Shown: in pieces, positions 48,601 through 61,500 of the stretch
Numbering within the stretch: the stretch's first letter is position 1
Layout: each line of letters begins with the position of its first letter
Assembly (NCBI GenBank): GCA_964016885.1
Contig: OZ024755.1
Span: 43,028,001 to 43,092,000 of the forward strand
Reading direction: 5' to 3'
Length of the DNA stretch: 64,000 nt
DNA from: Eledone cirrhosa
Lineage: Eukaryota
Notes under the pieces: model-generated
What the model was told of the DNA's origin: nothing
The model's database searches: none
Seen by the model: the letters and a program-made list of their open reading frames with translations, nothing else
Position numbers and translations under genes: made by a program

Positions 48601-48900
48601 TGTGATGGTGAGGGTGCTGGGTGTGGAGGTGGTTATGGGCTGTGTGTGATGGTGGGGGTGTTGGGTGTGGAGGTGGTTATGGTCTGTGTGTGATGGTGAG
48701 GGTGCTGGGTGTGGAGGTGATTATGGGCTGTGTGTGATGGTGAGGGTGCTGGGTGTGGAGGTGGTTATGGGCTGTGTGTGATGGTGAGGATGTTGGGTGT
48801 GGAGGTGGTTATGTGCTGTGTGTGATGGTGAGGGTGTTGGGTGTGGAGGTGGTTATGGGTTGTGTGTGATGGTGAGGGTGTTGGGTGTGGAGGTGGTTAT
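42290..48900 (+). repeat. Tandem higher-order repeat: two copies of a 3300-bp unit (exactly 75 monomers)
   Basis: Printed lines 42361/45661, 43501/46801 (ggttaagtgc), 43681/46981 (gaaggagttggg) and 45481/48781 match at offset 3300; only a few substitutions differ between copies. Confidence 0.93.
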
Positions 48901-51340
48901 GGGCTGTGTGTGATGGTGAGGGTGGTGGGTGTGGAGGTGGTTATGGGCTGTGTGTGATGGTGAGGGTGCTGGGTGTGGTGATGGTTATGGGCTCTGTGTG
49001 ATGGTGAGGGTGTTGGGTGTGGAGGTGGTTATGGGCTGTGTGTGATGGTGAGGGTGCTGGGTGTGGAGGTGGTTATGGGCTGTGTGTGATGGTGAGGGTG
49101 TTGGTGTGGAGGTGGTTATGGGCTGTGTGTGATGGTGAGGGTGCTGGGTATGGAGGTGGTTATGTGCTGTGTGTGATGGTGAGGGTGTCGGGTGTGGAGG
49201 TGGTTATGGGCTGTGTGTGATGGTGAGGGTGTGGGGTGTGGAGGTGGTTATGGGCTGTGTGTGATGGTGAGGGTGTTGGGTGCGGAGGTGGTTATGGGCT
49301 GTGTGTGATGGTGAGGGTGTTGGGTGCGGAGGTGGTTATGGGCTGTGTGTGATGGTGAGGGTGTTGGGTGTGGAGGTGGTTATGGGCTGTGTGTGATGGG
49401 GAGGGTGCTGGGTGTGGAGGTGGTTATGGGCTGTGTGTGATGGTGAGTGTGCTGGGTGTGGAGGTGGTTATGGGCTGTGTGTGATGGTGAGGGTGTTGGG
49501 TGTGGAGGTGGTTATGGGCTGTGTGTGATGGTGAGGGTGCTGGGTGTGGAGGTGATTATGGGCTGTGTGTGATGGTGAGGGTGTTGGGTGTGGAGGTGTT
49601 TATGGGCTGTGTGTGATGGTGAGGGTGTTGGGTGTGGAGGTGGTTATGGGCTGTGTGTGATGGTGAGGGTGCTGGGTGTGGAGGTGGTTATGGGCTGTGT
49701 GTGATGGTGAGGGTGCTGGGTGTGGAGGTGATTATGGGCTGTGTGTGATGGTGAGGGTGTTGGGTGTGGAGGTGGTTATGTGCTGTGTGTGATGGTGAGG
49801 GTGTTGGGTGTGGAGGTGGTTATGGGCTGTGTGTGATGGTGAGGGTGCTGGGTGTGGAGGTGGTTATGGGCTGTGTGTGATGGTGAGGGTGGTGGATGTG
49901 GAGGTGGTTATGGGCTGTGTGTGATGGAGAGGGTGCTGGGTGTGGAGGTGGTTATGGGCTGTGTGTGATGGTGAGGGTGGTGGGTGTGGAGGTGGTTATG
50001 TGCTGTGTGTGATGGTGAGGGTGTTGGGTGTGGAGGTGGTTATGGGCTGTGTGTGATGGTGAGGGTGTTGGGTGTGGAGGTGGTTATGGGCTGTGTGTGA
50101 TGGAGAGGGTGCTGGGTGTGGAGGTGGTTATGGGCTGTGTGTGATGGTGAGGGTGGTGGGTGTGGAGGTGGTTATGTGCTGTGTGTGATGGTGAGGGTGT
50201 TGGGTGTGGAGGTGGTTATGGGCTGTGTGTGATGGTGAGGGTGTTAGGTGTGGGGGTGGTTATGGGCTGTGTGTGATGGTGAGGGTGCTGGGTGTGGAGG
50301 TGGTTATGGGCTGTGTGTGATGGTGAGGGTGTTGGGTGTGGGGGTGGTTATGGGCTGTGTGTGATGGTGAGGGTGCTGGGTGTGGAGGTGGTTATGGGCT
50401 GTGTGTGATGATGAGGGTGGTGGGTGTGGAGGTGGTTATGTGCTGTGTGTGATGGTGAGGGTGTTGGGTGTGGAGGTGGTTATGGGCTGTGTGTGATGGT
50501 GAGGGTGCTGGGTGTTGAGGTGGTTATGGGCTGTGTGTGATGGTGAGGGTGCTTGGTGTGGAGGTGGTTATGGGCTGTGTGTGATGGTGAGGGTGCTTGG
50601 TGTGGAGGTGGTTATGGGCTGTGTGTGATGGTGAGGGTGCTGGGTGTGGAGGTGGTTATGGGCTGTGTGTGATGGTGGGGGTGTTGGGTGTGGAGGTGGT
50701 TATGGTCTGTGTGTGATGGTGAGGGTGCTGGGTGTGGAGGTGATTATGGGCTGTGTGTGATGGTGAGGGTGCTGGGTGTGGAGGTGGTTATGGGCTGTGT
50801 GTGATGGTGAGGATGTTGGGTGTGGAGGTGGTTATGTGCTGTGTGTGATGGTGAGGGTGTTGGGTGTGGAGGTGGTTATGGGTTGTGTGTGATGGTGAGG
50901 GTGTTGGGTGTGGAGGTGGTTATGGGCTGTGTGTGATGGTGAGGGTGGTGGGTGTGGAGGTGGTTATGGGCTGTGTGTGATGGTGAGGGTGCTGGGTGTG
51001 GTGATGGTTATGGGCTCTGTGTGATGGTGAGGGTGTTGGGTGTGGAGGTGGTAATGGGCTGTGTGTGATGGTGAGGGTGCTGGGTGTGGAGGTGGTTATG
51101 GGCTGTGTGTGATGGTGAGGGTGTTGGTGTGGAGGTGGTTATGGGCTGTGTGTGATGGTGAGGGTGCTGGGTATGGAGGTGGTTATGTGCTGTGTGTGAT
51201 GGTGAGGGTGTTGGGTGTGGAGGTGGTTATGGGCTGTGTGTGATGGTGAGGGTGTGGGGTGTGGAGGTGGTTATGGGCTGTGTGTGATGGTGAGGGTGTT
51301 GGGTGCGGAGGTGGTTATGGGCTGTGTGTGATGGTGAGGG
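47365..51340 (+). repeat. Tandem duplication of a 2023-bp unit (46 monomers minus 1 bp)
   Basis: tgatggggaggg 47371/49394; ORF-track ends 49220/51243; same order of gtgatta, gtgttta, gagaggg, gttgagg and gcttgg variants. Confidence 0.87.
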
Positions 51341-52713
51341 TGCTGGGTGTGGAGGTGGTTATGGGCTGTGTGTGATGGTGAGGGTGCTGGGTGTGGAGGT
51401 GGTTATGGGCTGTTTGTGATGGTGAGGGTGCTGGGTGTGGAGGTGGTTATGTGCTGTGTTTGATGGTGAGGGTGCTGGGTGTGGAGGTGGTTATGTGCTG
51501 TGTGTGATGGTGAGAGTGCTGGGTGTGGAGGTGGTTATGGGCTGTGTGTGATGGTGAGGGTGTTGGGTGTGGAGGTGGTTATGGGCTGTGTGTGATGGTG
51601 AGGGTGCTGGGTGTGTAGGTGGTTATGGGCTGTGTGTGATGATAAGGGTGTTGGGTGTGGAGGTGGTTATGGGCTGTGTGTGATGGTGTTGGGTGTGGAG
51701 GTGGTTATGTGCTGTGTGTGATGGTGAGGGTGCTGGGTGTGGAGGTGGTTATGGGCTGTGTGTGATGGTGAGGGTGCTGGGTGTGGAGGTGGTTATGGGC
51801 TGTGTGTGATGGTGAGGGTGCTGTGTGTGGAGGTGATTATGGGCTGTGTGTGATGGTGAGGGTGCTGGGTGTGGAGGTGGTTATGGGCTGTGTGTGATGG
51901 TGAGGGTGTTGGGTGTGGAGGTGGTTATGGGCTGTGAGTGATGGTGAGGGTGTCGGGTGTGGAGGTGATTATGGGCTGTGTGTGATGGTGAGGGTGCTGG
52001 GTGTGGAGCTGGTTATGGGCTGTGTGTGATGGTGAGGGTGTTGGGTGTGGAGGTGGTTATGGGCTGTGTGTGATGGTGAGGGTGTTGGGTGTGGAGGTGG
52101 TTATGTGCTGTGTGTGATGGTGAGGGTGCTGGGTGTGGAGGTGGTTATGGGCTGTGTGTGATGGTGAGGGTGTTGGGTGTGGAGGTGGTTATGGGCTGTG
52201 TGTGATGGTGAGGGTGCTGGGTGTGGAGGTGGTTTTGGGCTGTGTGTGATGGTGAGGGTGCTGGGTGTGGAGGTGGTTATGGGCTGTGTGTGATGGTGAG
52301 GGTGCTGTGTGTGGAGGTGGTTATGGGCTGTGTGTGATGGTGAGGGTGCTGGGTGTGGAGGTGTTTATGGGCTGTGTGTGATGGTGAGGGTGTTGGGTGT
52401 GGCGGTGGTTATGGGCTGTGTGTGATGGTGTTGGGTGTGGAGGTGGTTATGTGCTGTGTGTGATGGTGAGGGTGCTGGGTGTGGAGGTGGTTATGGGCTG
52501 TGTGTGATGGTGAGGGTGCTGGGTGTGGAGGTGGTTATGGGCTGTGTGTGATGGTGAGGGTGCTGTGTGTGGAGGTGATTATGGGCTGTGTGTGATGGTG
52601 AGGGTGCTGGGTGTGGAGGTGGTTATGGGCTGTGTGTGATGGTGGGGGTGCTGGGTGTGGAGGTGGTTATGGGCTGTGTGTGATGGTGAGGGTGCTGGGT
52701 GTGAAGGTGGTTA

Positions 52714-55700
52714 TGTGCTGTGTGTGATGGTGAGGGTGCTGGGTGTGGAGGTGGTTATGGGCTGTGTGTGATGGTGGGGGTGCTAGGTGTGGAGGTGGTT
52801 ATGGGCTGTGTGTGCTGGTCAGGGTGCTGGGTGTGGAGGTGGTTATGGGCTGTGTGTGATGGTGGGGGTGTTGGGTGTGGGGGTGGTTATGTGCTGTGTG
52901 TGATGGTGAGGGTGCTGGGTGTGAAGGTGGTTATGTGCTGTGTGTGATAGTGAGGGTGCTGGGTGTGGAGGTGGTTATGTGTTGTGTGTGATGGTGAGGG
53001 TGTTGGGTGTGGAGGTGGTTATGGGCTGTGTGTGATGGTGAGGGTGTTGGGTGTGGAGGTGGTTATGGGCTGTGTGTGATGGTGAGGGTGCTGGGTGTGG
53101 AGGTGGTTATGGGCTGTGTGTGATGGTGGGGGTGTTGGGTGTGGGGGTGGTTATGTGCTGTGTGTGATGGTGAGGGTGCTGGGTGTGAAGGTGGTTATGT
53201 GCTGTGTGTGATGGTGAGGGTGCTGGGTGTGGAGGTGGTTATGGGCTGTGTGTGATGGTGAGGGTGCTGGGTGTGGAGGTGGTTATGGGCTGTGTGTGCT
53301 GGTGAGGGTGCTGGGTGTGGAGGTGGTTATGTGTTGTGTGTGATGGTGAGGGTGTTGGGTGTGGAGGTGGTTATGGGCTGTGTGTGATGGTGAGGGTGTT
53401 GGGTGTGGAGGTGGTTATGGGCTGTGTGTGATGGTGAGGGTGCTGGGTGTGGAGGTGGTTTTGGGCTGTGTGTGATGGTGAGGGTGCTGGGTGTGGGGGT
53501 GGTTATGGGCTGTGTGTGATGGTGAAGGTGTTGGGTGTGGTGGTGGTTATGGGCTGTGTGTGATGGTGAGGGTGCTGGGTGTGGAGGTGGTTATGGGCTG
53601 TGTGTGATGGTGAGGGTGCTGGGTGTGGAGGTGGTTATGGGCTGTGTGTGATGGTGAGGGTGCTGGGTGTGGGGGTGGTTATGTGCTGTGTGTGATGGTG
53701 AGGGTGCTGGGTGTGGAGGTGGTTATGGGCTGTGTGTGATGGTGAGGGTGTTGGGTGTGGAGGTGGTTATGGGCTGTGTGTGATGGTGAGGGTGCTGGGT
53801 GTGGAGGTGGTTATGGGCTGTGTGTGATGGTGAAGGTGTTGGGTATGGTGGTGGTTATGGGCTGTGTGTGATGGTGAGGGTGCTGGGTGTGGAGGTGGTT
53901 ATATGCTGTGTGTGATGGTGAGGGTGCTGGGTGTGGGGGTGGTTAAGTGCTGTGTGTGATGGTGAGGGTGCTGGGTGTGGAGGTGGTTATGGGCTGTGTG
54001 TGATGGTGAGGGTGTTGTGTGTGGAGGTGGTTATGGGCTGTGTGTGATGGTGAGGGTGTTGGGTGTGGAGGTGGTTATGGGCTGTGTGTGATGGTGAGGG
54101 TGCTGGGTGTGGAGGTTGTTATGGGCTGTGTGTGATGGTGAAGGAGTTGGGTGTGGTGGTGGTTATGGGCTGTGTGTGATGGTGAGGGTGCTGGGTGTGG
54201 AGGTAGTTATGGGCTGTGTGTGATGGTGAGGGTGCTGGGTGTGGGGGTGGTTATGTGCTGTGTGTGATGGTGAGGGTGTTGCGTGTGGAGGTGGTTATGG
54301 GCTGTGTGTGATGGTGAGGGTGTTGGGTGTGGAGGTGGTTATGGGCTGTGTGTGATGGTGAGGTTGTTGGGTGTGGAGGTGGTTATGGGCTGTGTGTGAT
54401 GCTGAGGGTGTTCGGTGTCGAGGTGGTTATGGGCTCTGTGTGATGGTGAGGGTGCTGGGTGTGGCGGTGTTTATGGGCTGTGTGTGATGGGGAGGGTGCT
54501 GGGTGTGGAGGTGGTTATGGGCTGTGTGTGATGGTGAGTGTGCTGGGTGTGGAGGTGGTTATGGGCTGTGTGTGATGGTGAGGGTGCTGGGTGTGGAGGT
54601 GGTTATGGGCTGTGTGTGATGGTGAGGGTGCTGGGTGTGGAGGTGATTATGGGCTGTGTGTGATGGTGAGGGTGTTGGGTGTGGAGGTGTTTATGGGCTG
54701 TGTGTGATGGTGAGGGTGTTGGGTGTGGAGGTGGTTATGGGCTGTGTGTGATGGTGAGGGTGCTGGGTGTGGAGGTGGTTATGGGCTGTGTGTGATGGTG
54801 AGGGTGCTGGGTGTGGAGGTGATTATGGGCTGTGTGTGATGGTGAGGGTGTTGGGTGTGGAGGTGGTTATGTGCTGTGTGTGATGGTGAGGGTGTTGGGT
54901 GTGGAGGTGGTTATGGGCTGTGTGTGATGGTGAGGGTGCTGGGTGTGGAGGTGGTTATGGGCTGTGTGTGATGGTGAGGGTGGTGGGTGTGGAGGTGGTT
55001 ATGGGCTGTGTGTGATGGAGAGGGTGCTGGGTGTGGAGGTGGTTATGGGCTGTGTGTGATGGTGAGGGTGGTGGGTGTGGAGGTGGTTATGTGCTGTGTG
55101 TGATGGTGAGGGTGTTGGGTGTGGAGGTGGTTATGGGCTGTGTGTGATGGTGAGGGTGTTGGGTGTGGAGGTGGTTATGGGCTGTGTGTGATGGAGAGGG
55201 TGCTGGGTGTGGAGGTGGTTATGGGCTGTGTGTGATGGTGAGGGTGGTGGGTGTGGAGGTGGTTATGTGCTGTGTGTGATGGTGAGGGTGTTGGGTGTGG
55301 AGGTGGTTATGGGCTGTGTGTGATGGTGAGGGTGTTGGGTGTGGGGGTGGTTATGGGCTGTGTGTGATGGTGAGGGTGCTGGGTGTGGAGGTGGATATGG
55401 GCTGTGTGTGATGGTGAGGGTGTTGGGTGTGGGGGTGGTTATGGGCTGTGTGTGATGGTGAGGGTGCTGGGTGTGTAGGTGGTTATGGGCTGTGTGTGAT
55501 GATGAGGGTGGTGGGTGTGGAGGTGGTTATGTGCTGTGTGTGATGGTGAGGGTGTTGGGTGTGGAGGTGGTTATGGGCTGTGTGTGATGGTGAGGGTGCT
55601 GGGTGTTGAGGTGGTTATGGGCTGTGTGTGATGGTGAGGGTGCTTGGTGTGGAGGTGGTTATGGGCTGTGTGTGATGGTGAGGGTGCTTGGTGTGGAGGT

Positions 55701-57780
55701 GGTTATGGGCTGTGTGTGATGGTGAGGGTGCTGGGTGTGGAGGTGGTTATGGGCTGTGTGTGATGGTGGGGGTGTTGGGTGTGGAGGTGGTTATGGTCTG
55801 TGTGTGATGGTGAGGGTGCTGGGTGTGGAGGTGATTATGGGCTGTGTGTGATGGTGAGGGTGCTGGGTGTGGAGGTGGTTATGGGCTGTGTGTGATGGTG
55901 AGGATGTTGGGTGTGGAGGTGGTTATGTGCTGTGTGTGATGGTGAGGGTGTTGGGTGTGGAGGTGGTTATGGGTTGTGTGTGATGGTGAGGGTGTTGGGT
56001 GTGGAGGTGGTTATGGGCTGTGTGTGATGGTGAGGGTGGTGGGTGTGGAGGTGGTTATGGGCTGTGTGTGATGGTGAGGGTGCTGGGTGTGGTGATGGTT
56101 ATGGGCTCTGTGTGATGGTGAGGGTGTTGGGTGTGGAGGTGGTTATGGGCTGTGTGTGATGGTGAGGGTGCTGGGTGTGGAGGTGGTTATGGGCTGTGTG
56201 TGATGGTGAGGGTGTTGGTGTGGAGGTGGTTATGGGCTGTGTGTGATGGTGAGGGTGCTGGGTATGGAGGTGGTTATGTGCTGTGTGTGATGGTGAGGGT
56301 GTTGGGTGTGGAGGTGGTTATGGGCTGTGTGTGATGGTGAGGGTGTGGGGTGTGGAGGTGGTTATGGGCTGTGTGTGATGGTGAGGGTGTTGGGTGCGGA
56401 GGTGGTTATGGGCTGTGTGTGATGGTGAGGGTGTTGGGTGTGGAGGTGGTTATGGGCTGTGTGTGATGGTGAGGGTGCTGGGTGTGGAGGTGGTTATGGG
56501 CTGTGTGTGATGGTGAGGGTGCTGGGTGTGGAGGTGGTTATGGGCTGTTTGTGATGGTGAGGGTGCTGGGTGTGGAGGTGGTTATGTGCTGTGTTTGATG
56601 GTGAGGGTGCTGGGTGTGGAGGTGGTTATGTGCTGTGTGTGATGGTGAGAGTGCTGGGTGTGGAGGTGGTTATGGGCTGTGTGTGATGGTGAGGGTGTTG
56701 GGTGTGGAGGTGGTTATGGGCTGTGTGTGATGGTGAGGGTGCTGGGTGTGTAGGTGGTTATGGGCTGTGTGTGATGATAAGGGTGTTGGGTGTGGAGGTG
56801 GTTATGGGCTGTGTGTGATGGTGTTGGGTGTGGAGGTGGTTATGTGCTGTGTGTGATGGTGAGGGTGCTGGGTGTGGAGGTGGTTATGGGCTGTGTGTGA
56901 TGGTGAGGGTGCTGGGTGTGGAGGTGGTTATGGGCTGTGTGTGATGGTGAGGGTGCTGTGTGTGGAGGTGATTATGGGCTGTGTGTGATGGTGAGGGTGC
57001 TGGGTGTGGAGGTGGTTATGGGCTGTGTGTGATGGTGAGGGTGTTGGGTGTGGAGGTGGTTATGGGCTGTGAGTGATGGTGAGGGTGTCGGGTGTGGAGG
57101 TGATTATGGGCTGTGTGTGATGGTGAGGGTGCTGGGTGTGGAGCTGGTTATGGGCTGTGTGTGATGGTGAGGGTGTTGGGTGTGGAGGTGGTTATGGGCT
57201 GTGTGTGATGGTGAGGGTGTTGGGTGTGGAGGTGGTTATGTGCTGTGTGTGATGGTGAGGGTGCTGGGTGTGGAGGTGGTTATGGGCTGTGTGTGATGGT
57301 GAGGGTGTTGGGTGTGGAGGTGGTTATGGGCTGTGTGTGATGGTGAGGGTGCTGGGTGTGGAGGTGGTTTTGGGCTGTGTGTGATGGTGAGGGTGCTGGG
57401 TGTGGAGGTGGTTATGGGCTGTGTGTGATGGTGAGGGTGCTGTGTGTGGAGTTGGTTATGGGCTGTGTGTGATTGTGAGGGTGCTGGGTGTGGAGGTGTT
57501 TATGGGCTGTGTGTGATGGTGAGGGTGTTGGGTGTGGCGGTGGTTATGGGCTGTGTGTGATGGTGTTGGGTGTGGAGGTGGTTATGTGCTGTGTGTGATG
57601 GTGAGGGTGCTGGGTGTGGAGGTGGTTATGGGCTGTGTGTGATGGTGAGGGTGCTGGGTGTGGAGGTGGTTATGGGCTGTGTGTGATGGTGAGGGTGCTG
57701 TGTGTGGAGGTGATTATGGGCTGTGTGTGATGGTGAGGGTGCTGGGTGTGGAGGTGGTTATGGGCTGTGTGTGATGGTGA
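52714..57780 (+). repeat. Composite copy of ~45600-49370 (offset 7114) followed by ~51320-52640 (offset 5135)
   Basis: tgggggtgctagg 45661/52775, aagtgc 46831/53945, ORF twins 49017/56131; gataaggg 51641/56776, gctgtgagtg 51931/57066. Confidence 0.87.
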
Positions 57781-58599
57781 GGGTGTTGGGTGTGGAGGTG
57801 GTTATGGGCTGTGTGTGATGGTGAGGGTGTCGGGTGTGGAGGTGATTATGGGCTGTGTGTGATGGTGAGGGTGCTGGGTGTGGAGCTGGTTATGGGCTGT
57901 GTGTGATGGTGAGGGTGTTGGGTGTGGAGGTGGTTATGGGCTGTGTGTGATGGTGAGGGTGTTGGGTGTGGAGGTGGTTATATGCTGTGTGTGATGGTGA
58001 GGGTGCTGGGTGTGGAGGTGGTTATGGGCTGTGTTTGATGGTGAGGGTGTTGGGTGTGGAGGTGGTTATGGGCTGTGTGTGATGGTGAGGGTGCTGGGTG
58101 TGGAGGTGGTTTTGGGCTGTGTGTGATGGTGAGGGTGCTGGGTGTGGAGGTGGTTATGGGCTGTGTGTGATGGTGAGGGTGCTGGGTGTGGAGGTGTTTA
58201 TGGGCTGTGTGTGATGGTGAGGGTGTTGGGTGTGGCGGTGGTTATGGGCTGTGTGTGATGGTGAGGGTGTTGGGTGTGGATGTGGTTATGTGCTGTGTGT
58301 GATGGTGAGGGTGCTGGGTGTGAAGGTGGTTATGGGCTGTGTGTGATGTTGAGGGTGCTGGGTGTGGAGGTGGTTATTTGCTGTGTGTGATGGTGAGGGT
58401 GGTGGGTGTGGAGGTGGTTATGGGCTGTGTGTGATGGTGAGGGTGTTGGGTGTGGAGGTGGTTATGGGCTGTGTGTGATGGTGAGGGTGTTGGGTGTGGA
58501 GGTGGTTATGGGCTGAGTGTGATGGTGAGGGTGTTGGGTGTGGAGGTTGTTATGGGCTGTGTGTGATGGTGAGGGTGCTGGGTGTGGAGGTGGTTATGG

Positions 58600-61500
58600 G
58601 CTGTGTGTGATGGTGAGGGTGCTGGGTGTGGAGGTGGTTATGGGCTGTGGGTGATGGTGAGGGTGCTGGGTGTGGAGGTGGTTATGGGCTGTGTGTGATG
58701 GTGTTGGGTGTGGAGGTGGTTATGGGCTCTGTGTGATGGTGAGGGTGTTGGGTGTGGCGGTGGTTATGGGCTGTGTGTGATGGTAAGGGTGTTGGATGTG
58801 GAGATGGTTATGGGCTGTGTGTGATGGTGAGGGTGCTGGGTGTGGAGGTGGTTATGTGCTGTGTGTGATGGTGAGGGTGCTGGGTGTGGAGGTGGTTATG
58901 GGCTGTGTGTGATGGTGCGGGTGTTGGGTGTGGAGGTGGTTATGGGCTGTGTGTGATGGTGAGGGTGTTGGGTGTGGAGGTGATTATGGGCTGTGTGTGA
59001 TGGTGAGGGTGTTGGGTGTGGAGGTGATTATGGGCTGTGTGTGATGGTGCGGGTGTTGGGTGTGTAGGTGGTTATGGGCTGTGTGTGATGGTGAGGGTGT
59101 TGGGTGTGGAGGTGGTTATGGGCTGTGTGTGATGGTGAGGGTGTTGGGCGTGGAGGTGGTTATGGGCTGTGTGTGATGGTAAGGGTGTTGGGTGTGGAGG
59201 TGGTTATGGGCTGTGTGTGATGGTGAGGGTGTTGGGTGTGGAGGTGGTTATGGGCTGTGTGTGATAGTGAGGGAGCTGGGTGTGGAGGTGGTTATGGGCT
59301 GTGTGTGATGGTGAGGGTGCTGGGTGTGTAGGTGGTTATGGGCTGTGTGTGATGGTGTTGGGTCTGGAGGTGGTTATGTGCTGTGTGTGATGGTGAGGGT
59401 GCTGGGTGTGGAGGTGGTTATGGGCTTTGTGTGATGGTGAGGGTGCTGGGTGTGGAGGTGGTTATGGGCTGTGTGTGATGGTGAGGGTGCTGGGTGTGAA
59501 GGTGGTTATGGGCTGTGTGATGGTGAGGGTGTTGGGTGTGGAGGTGGTTATGTGCTGTGTGTGATGGTGGGGGTGTTGGGTGTGGAGATGGTTATGGGCT
59601 GTGTGTGATGGTGAGGGTGTTGGGTGTGGAGGCGGTTATGGGCTGTGTGTGATGGTGAGGGTGGTGGGTGTGGAGGTGGTTATGGGCTGTGTGTGATGGT
59701 GAGGGTGGTGGGTGTGGATGTGGTTATGGGCTGTGTGTGAAGGCAAGGATGTTGGGTGTGGAGATGGTTATGGGCTGTGTGTGATGGTGAGGGTGCTGGG
59801 TGTGGAGGTGGTTATGTGCTGTGTGTTATGGTGAGGGTGTTGGGTGTGGAGGTGGTTATGTGCTGTGTGTGATGGTGAGGGTGCTGGGTGTGGAGGTGGT
59901 TATGGGCTGTGTGTGATGGTGGGGGTGTTGGGTGTGGAGGTGGTTATGGGCTGTGTGTGATGGTGAGGGTGTTGGGTGTGGAGGTGGTTATGTGCTGTGT
60001 GTGATGGTGAGGGTGTTGGGTGTGGAGATGGTTATGGGCTGTGTGTGATGGTGGGGGTGTTGGGTGTGGAGGTGGTTATGGGCTGTGTGTGATGGTGAGG
60101 GTGTTGGGTGTGGAGGTGGTTATGTGCTGTGTGTGATGGTGAGGGTGTTGGGTGTGGAGGTGGTTATGGGCTGTGTGTGATGGTGGGGGTGTTGGGTGTG
60201 GAGGTGGTTATGGGCTGTGTGTGATGGTGAGGGTGTTGGGTGTGGAGGTGGTTATGTGCTGTGTGTGATGGTGAGGGTGTTGGGTGTGGAGGTGGTTATG
60301 AGCTGTGTGTGATGGTGTTGGGTGTGGAGGTGGTTATGTGCTGTGTGTGATGGTAAGGGTGTTGGGTGTGGAGGTGGTTATGGGCTGTGTGATGGTGTTG
60401 GGTGTGGAGGTGGTTATGTGCTGTGTGTGATGGTGAGGGTGCTGGGTGTGGAGGTGGTTATAGGCTGTGTGTGATGATAAGGGTGTTGGGTGTGGAGGTG
60501 GTTATGGGCTGTGTGTGATGGTGTTGGGTGTGGAGGTGGTTATGTGCTGTGTGTGATGGTGAGGGTGCTGGGTGTGGAGGTGGTTATGGGCTGTGTGTGA
60601 TGGTGAGGGTGCTGGGTGTGGAGGTGGTTATGGGCTGTGTGTGATGGTGAGGGTGCTGTGTGTGGAGGTGATTATGGGCTGTGTGTGATGGTGAGGGTGC
60701 TTGGTGTGGAGGTGGTTATGGGCTGTGTGTGATGGTGGGGGTGTTGGGTGTGGAGGTGGTTATGGTCTGTGTGTGATGGTGAGGGTGCTGGGTGTGGAGG
60801 TGATTATGGGCTGTGTGTGATGGTGAGGGTGCTGGGTGTGGAGGTGGTTATGGGCTGTGTGTGATGGTGAGGATGTTGGGTGTGGAGGTGGTTATGTGCT
60901 GTGTGTGATGGTGAGGGTGTTGGGTGTGGAGGTGGTTATGGGTTGTGTGTGATGGTGAGGGTGTTGGGTGTGGAGGTGGTTATGGGCTGTGTGTGATGGT
61001 GAGGGTGGTGGGTGTGGAGGTGTTTATGGGCTGTGTGTGATGGTGAGGGTGCTGGGTGTGGAGGTGGTTATGGGCTGTGGGTGATGGTGAGGGTGCTGGG
61101 TGTGGAGGTGGTTATGGGCTGTGTGTGATGGTGTTGGGTGTGGAGGTGGTTATGGGCTCTGTGTGATGGTGAGGGTGTTGGGTGTGGCGGTGGTTATGGG
61201 CTGTGTGTGATGGTAAGGGTGTTGGATGTGGAGATGGTTATGGGCTGTGTGTGATGGTGAGGGTGCTGGGTGTGGAGGTGGTTATGTGCTGTGTGTGATG
61301 GTGAGGGTGCTGGGTGTGGAGGTGGTTATGGGCTGTGTGTGATGGTGAGGGTGCTGGGTGTGGAGGTGGTTATGGGCTGTGGGTGATGGTGAGGGTGCTG
61401 GGTGTGGAGGTGGTTATGGGCTGTGTGTGATGGTGTTGGGTGTGGAGGTGGTTATGGGCTCTGTGTGATGGTGAGGGTGTTGGGTGTGGCGGTGGTTATG

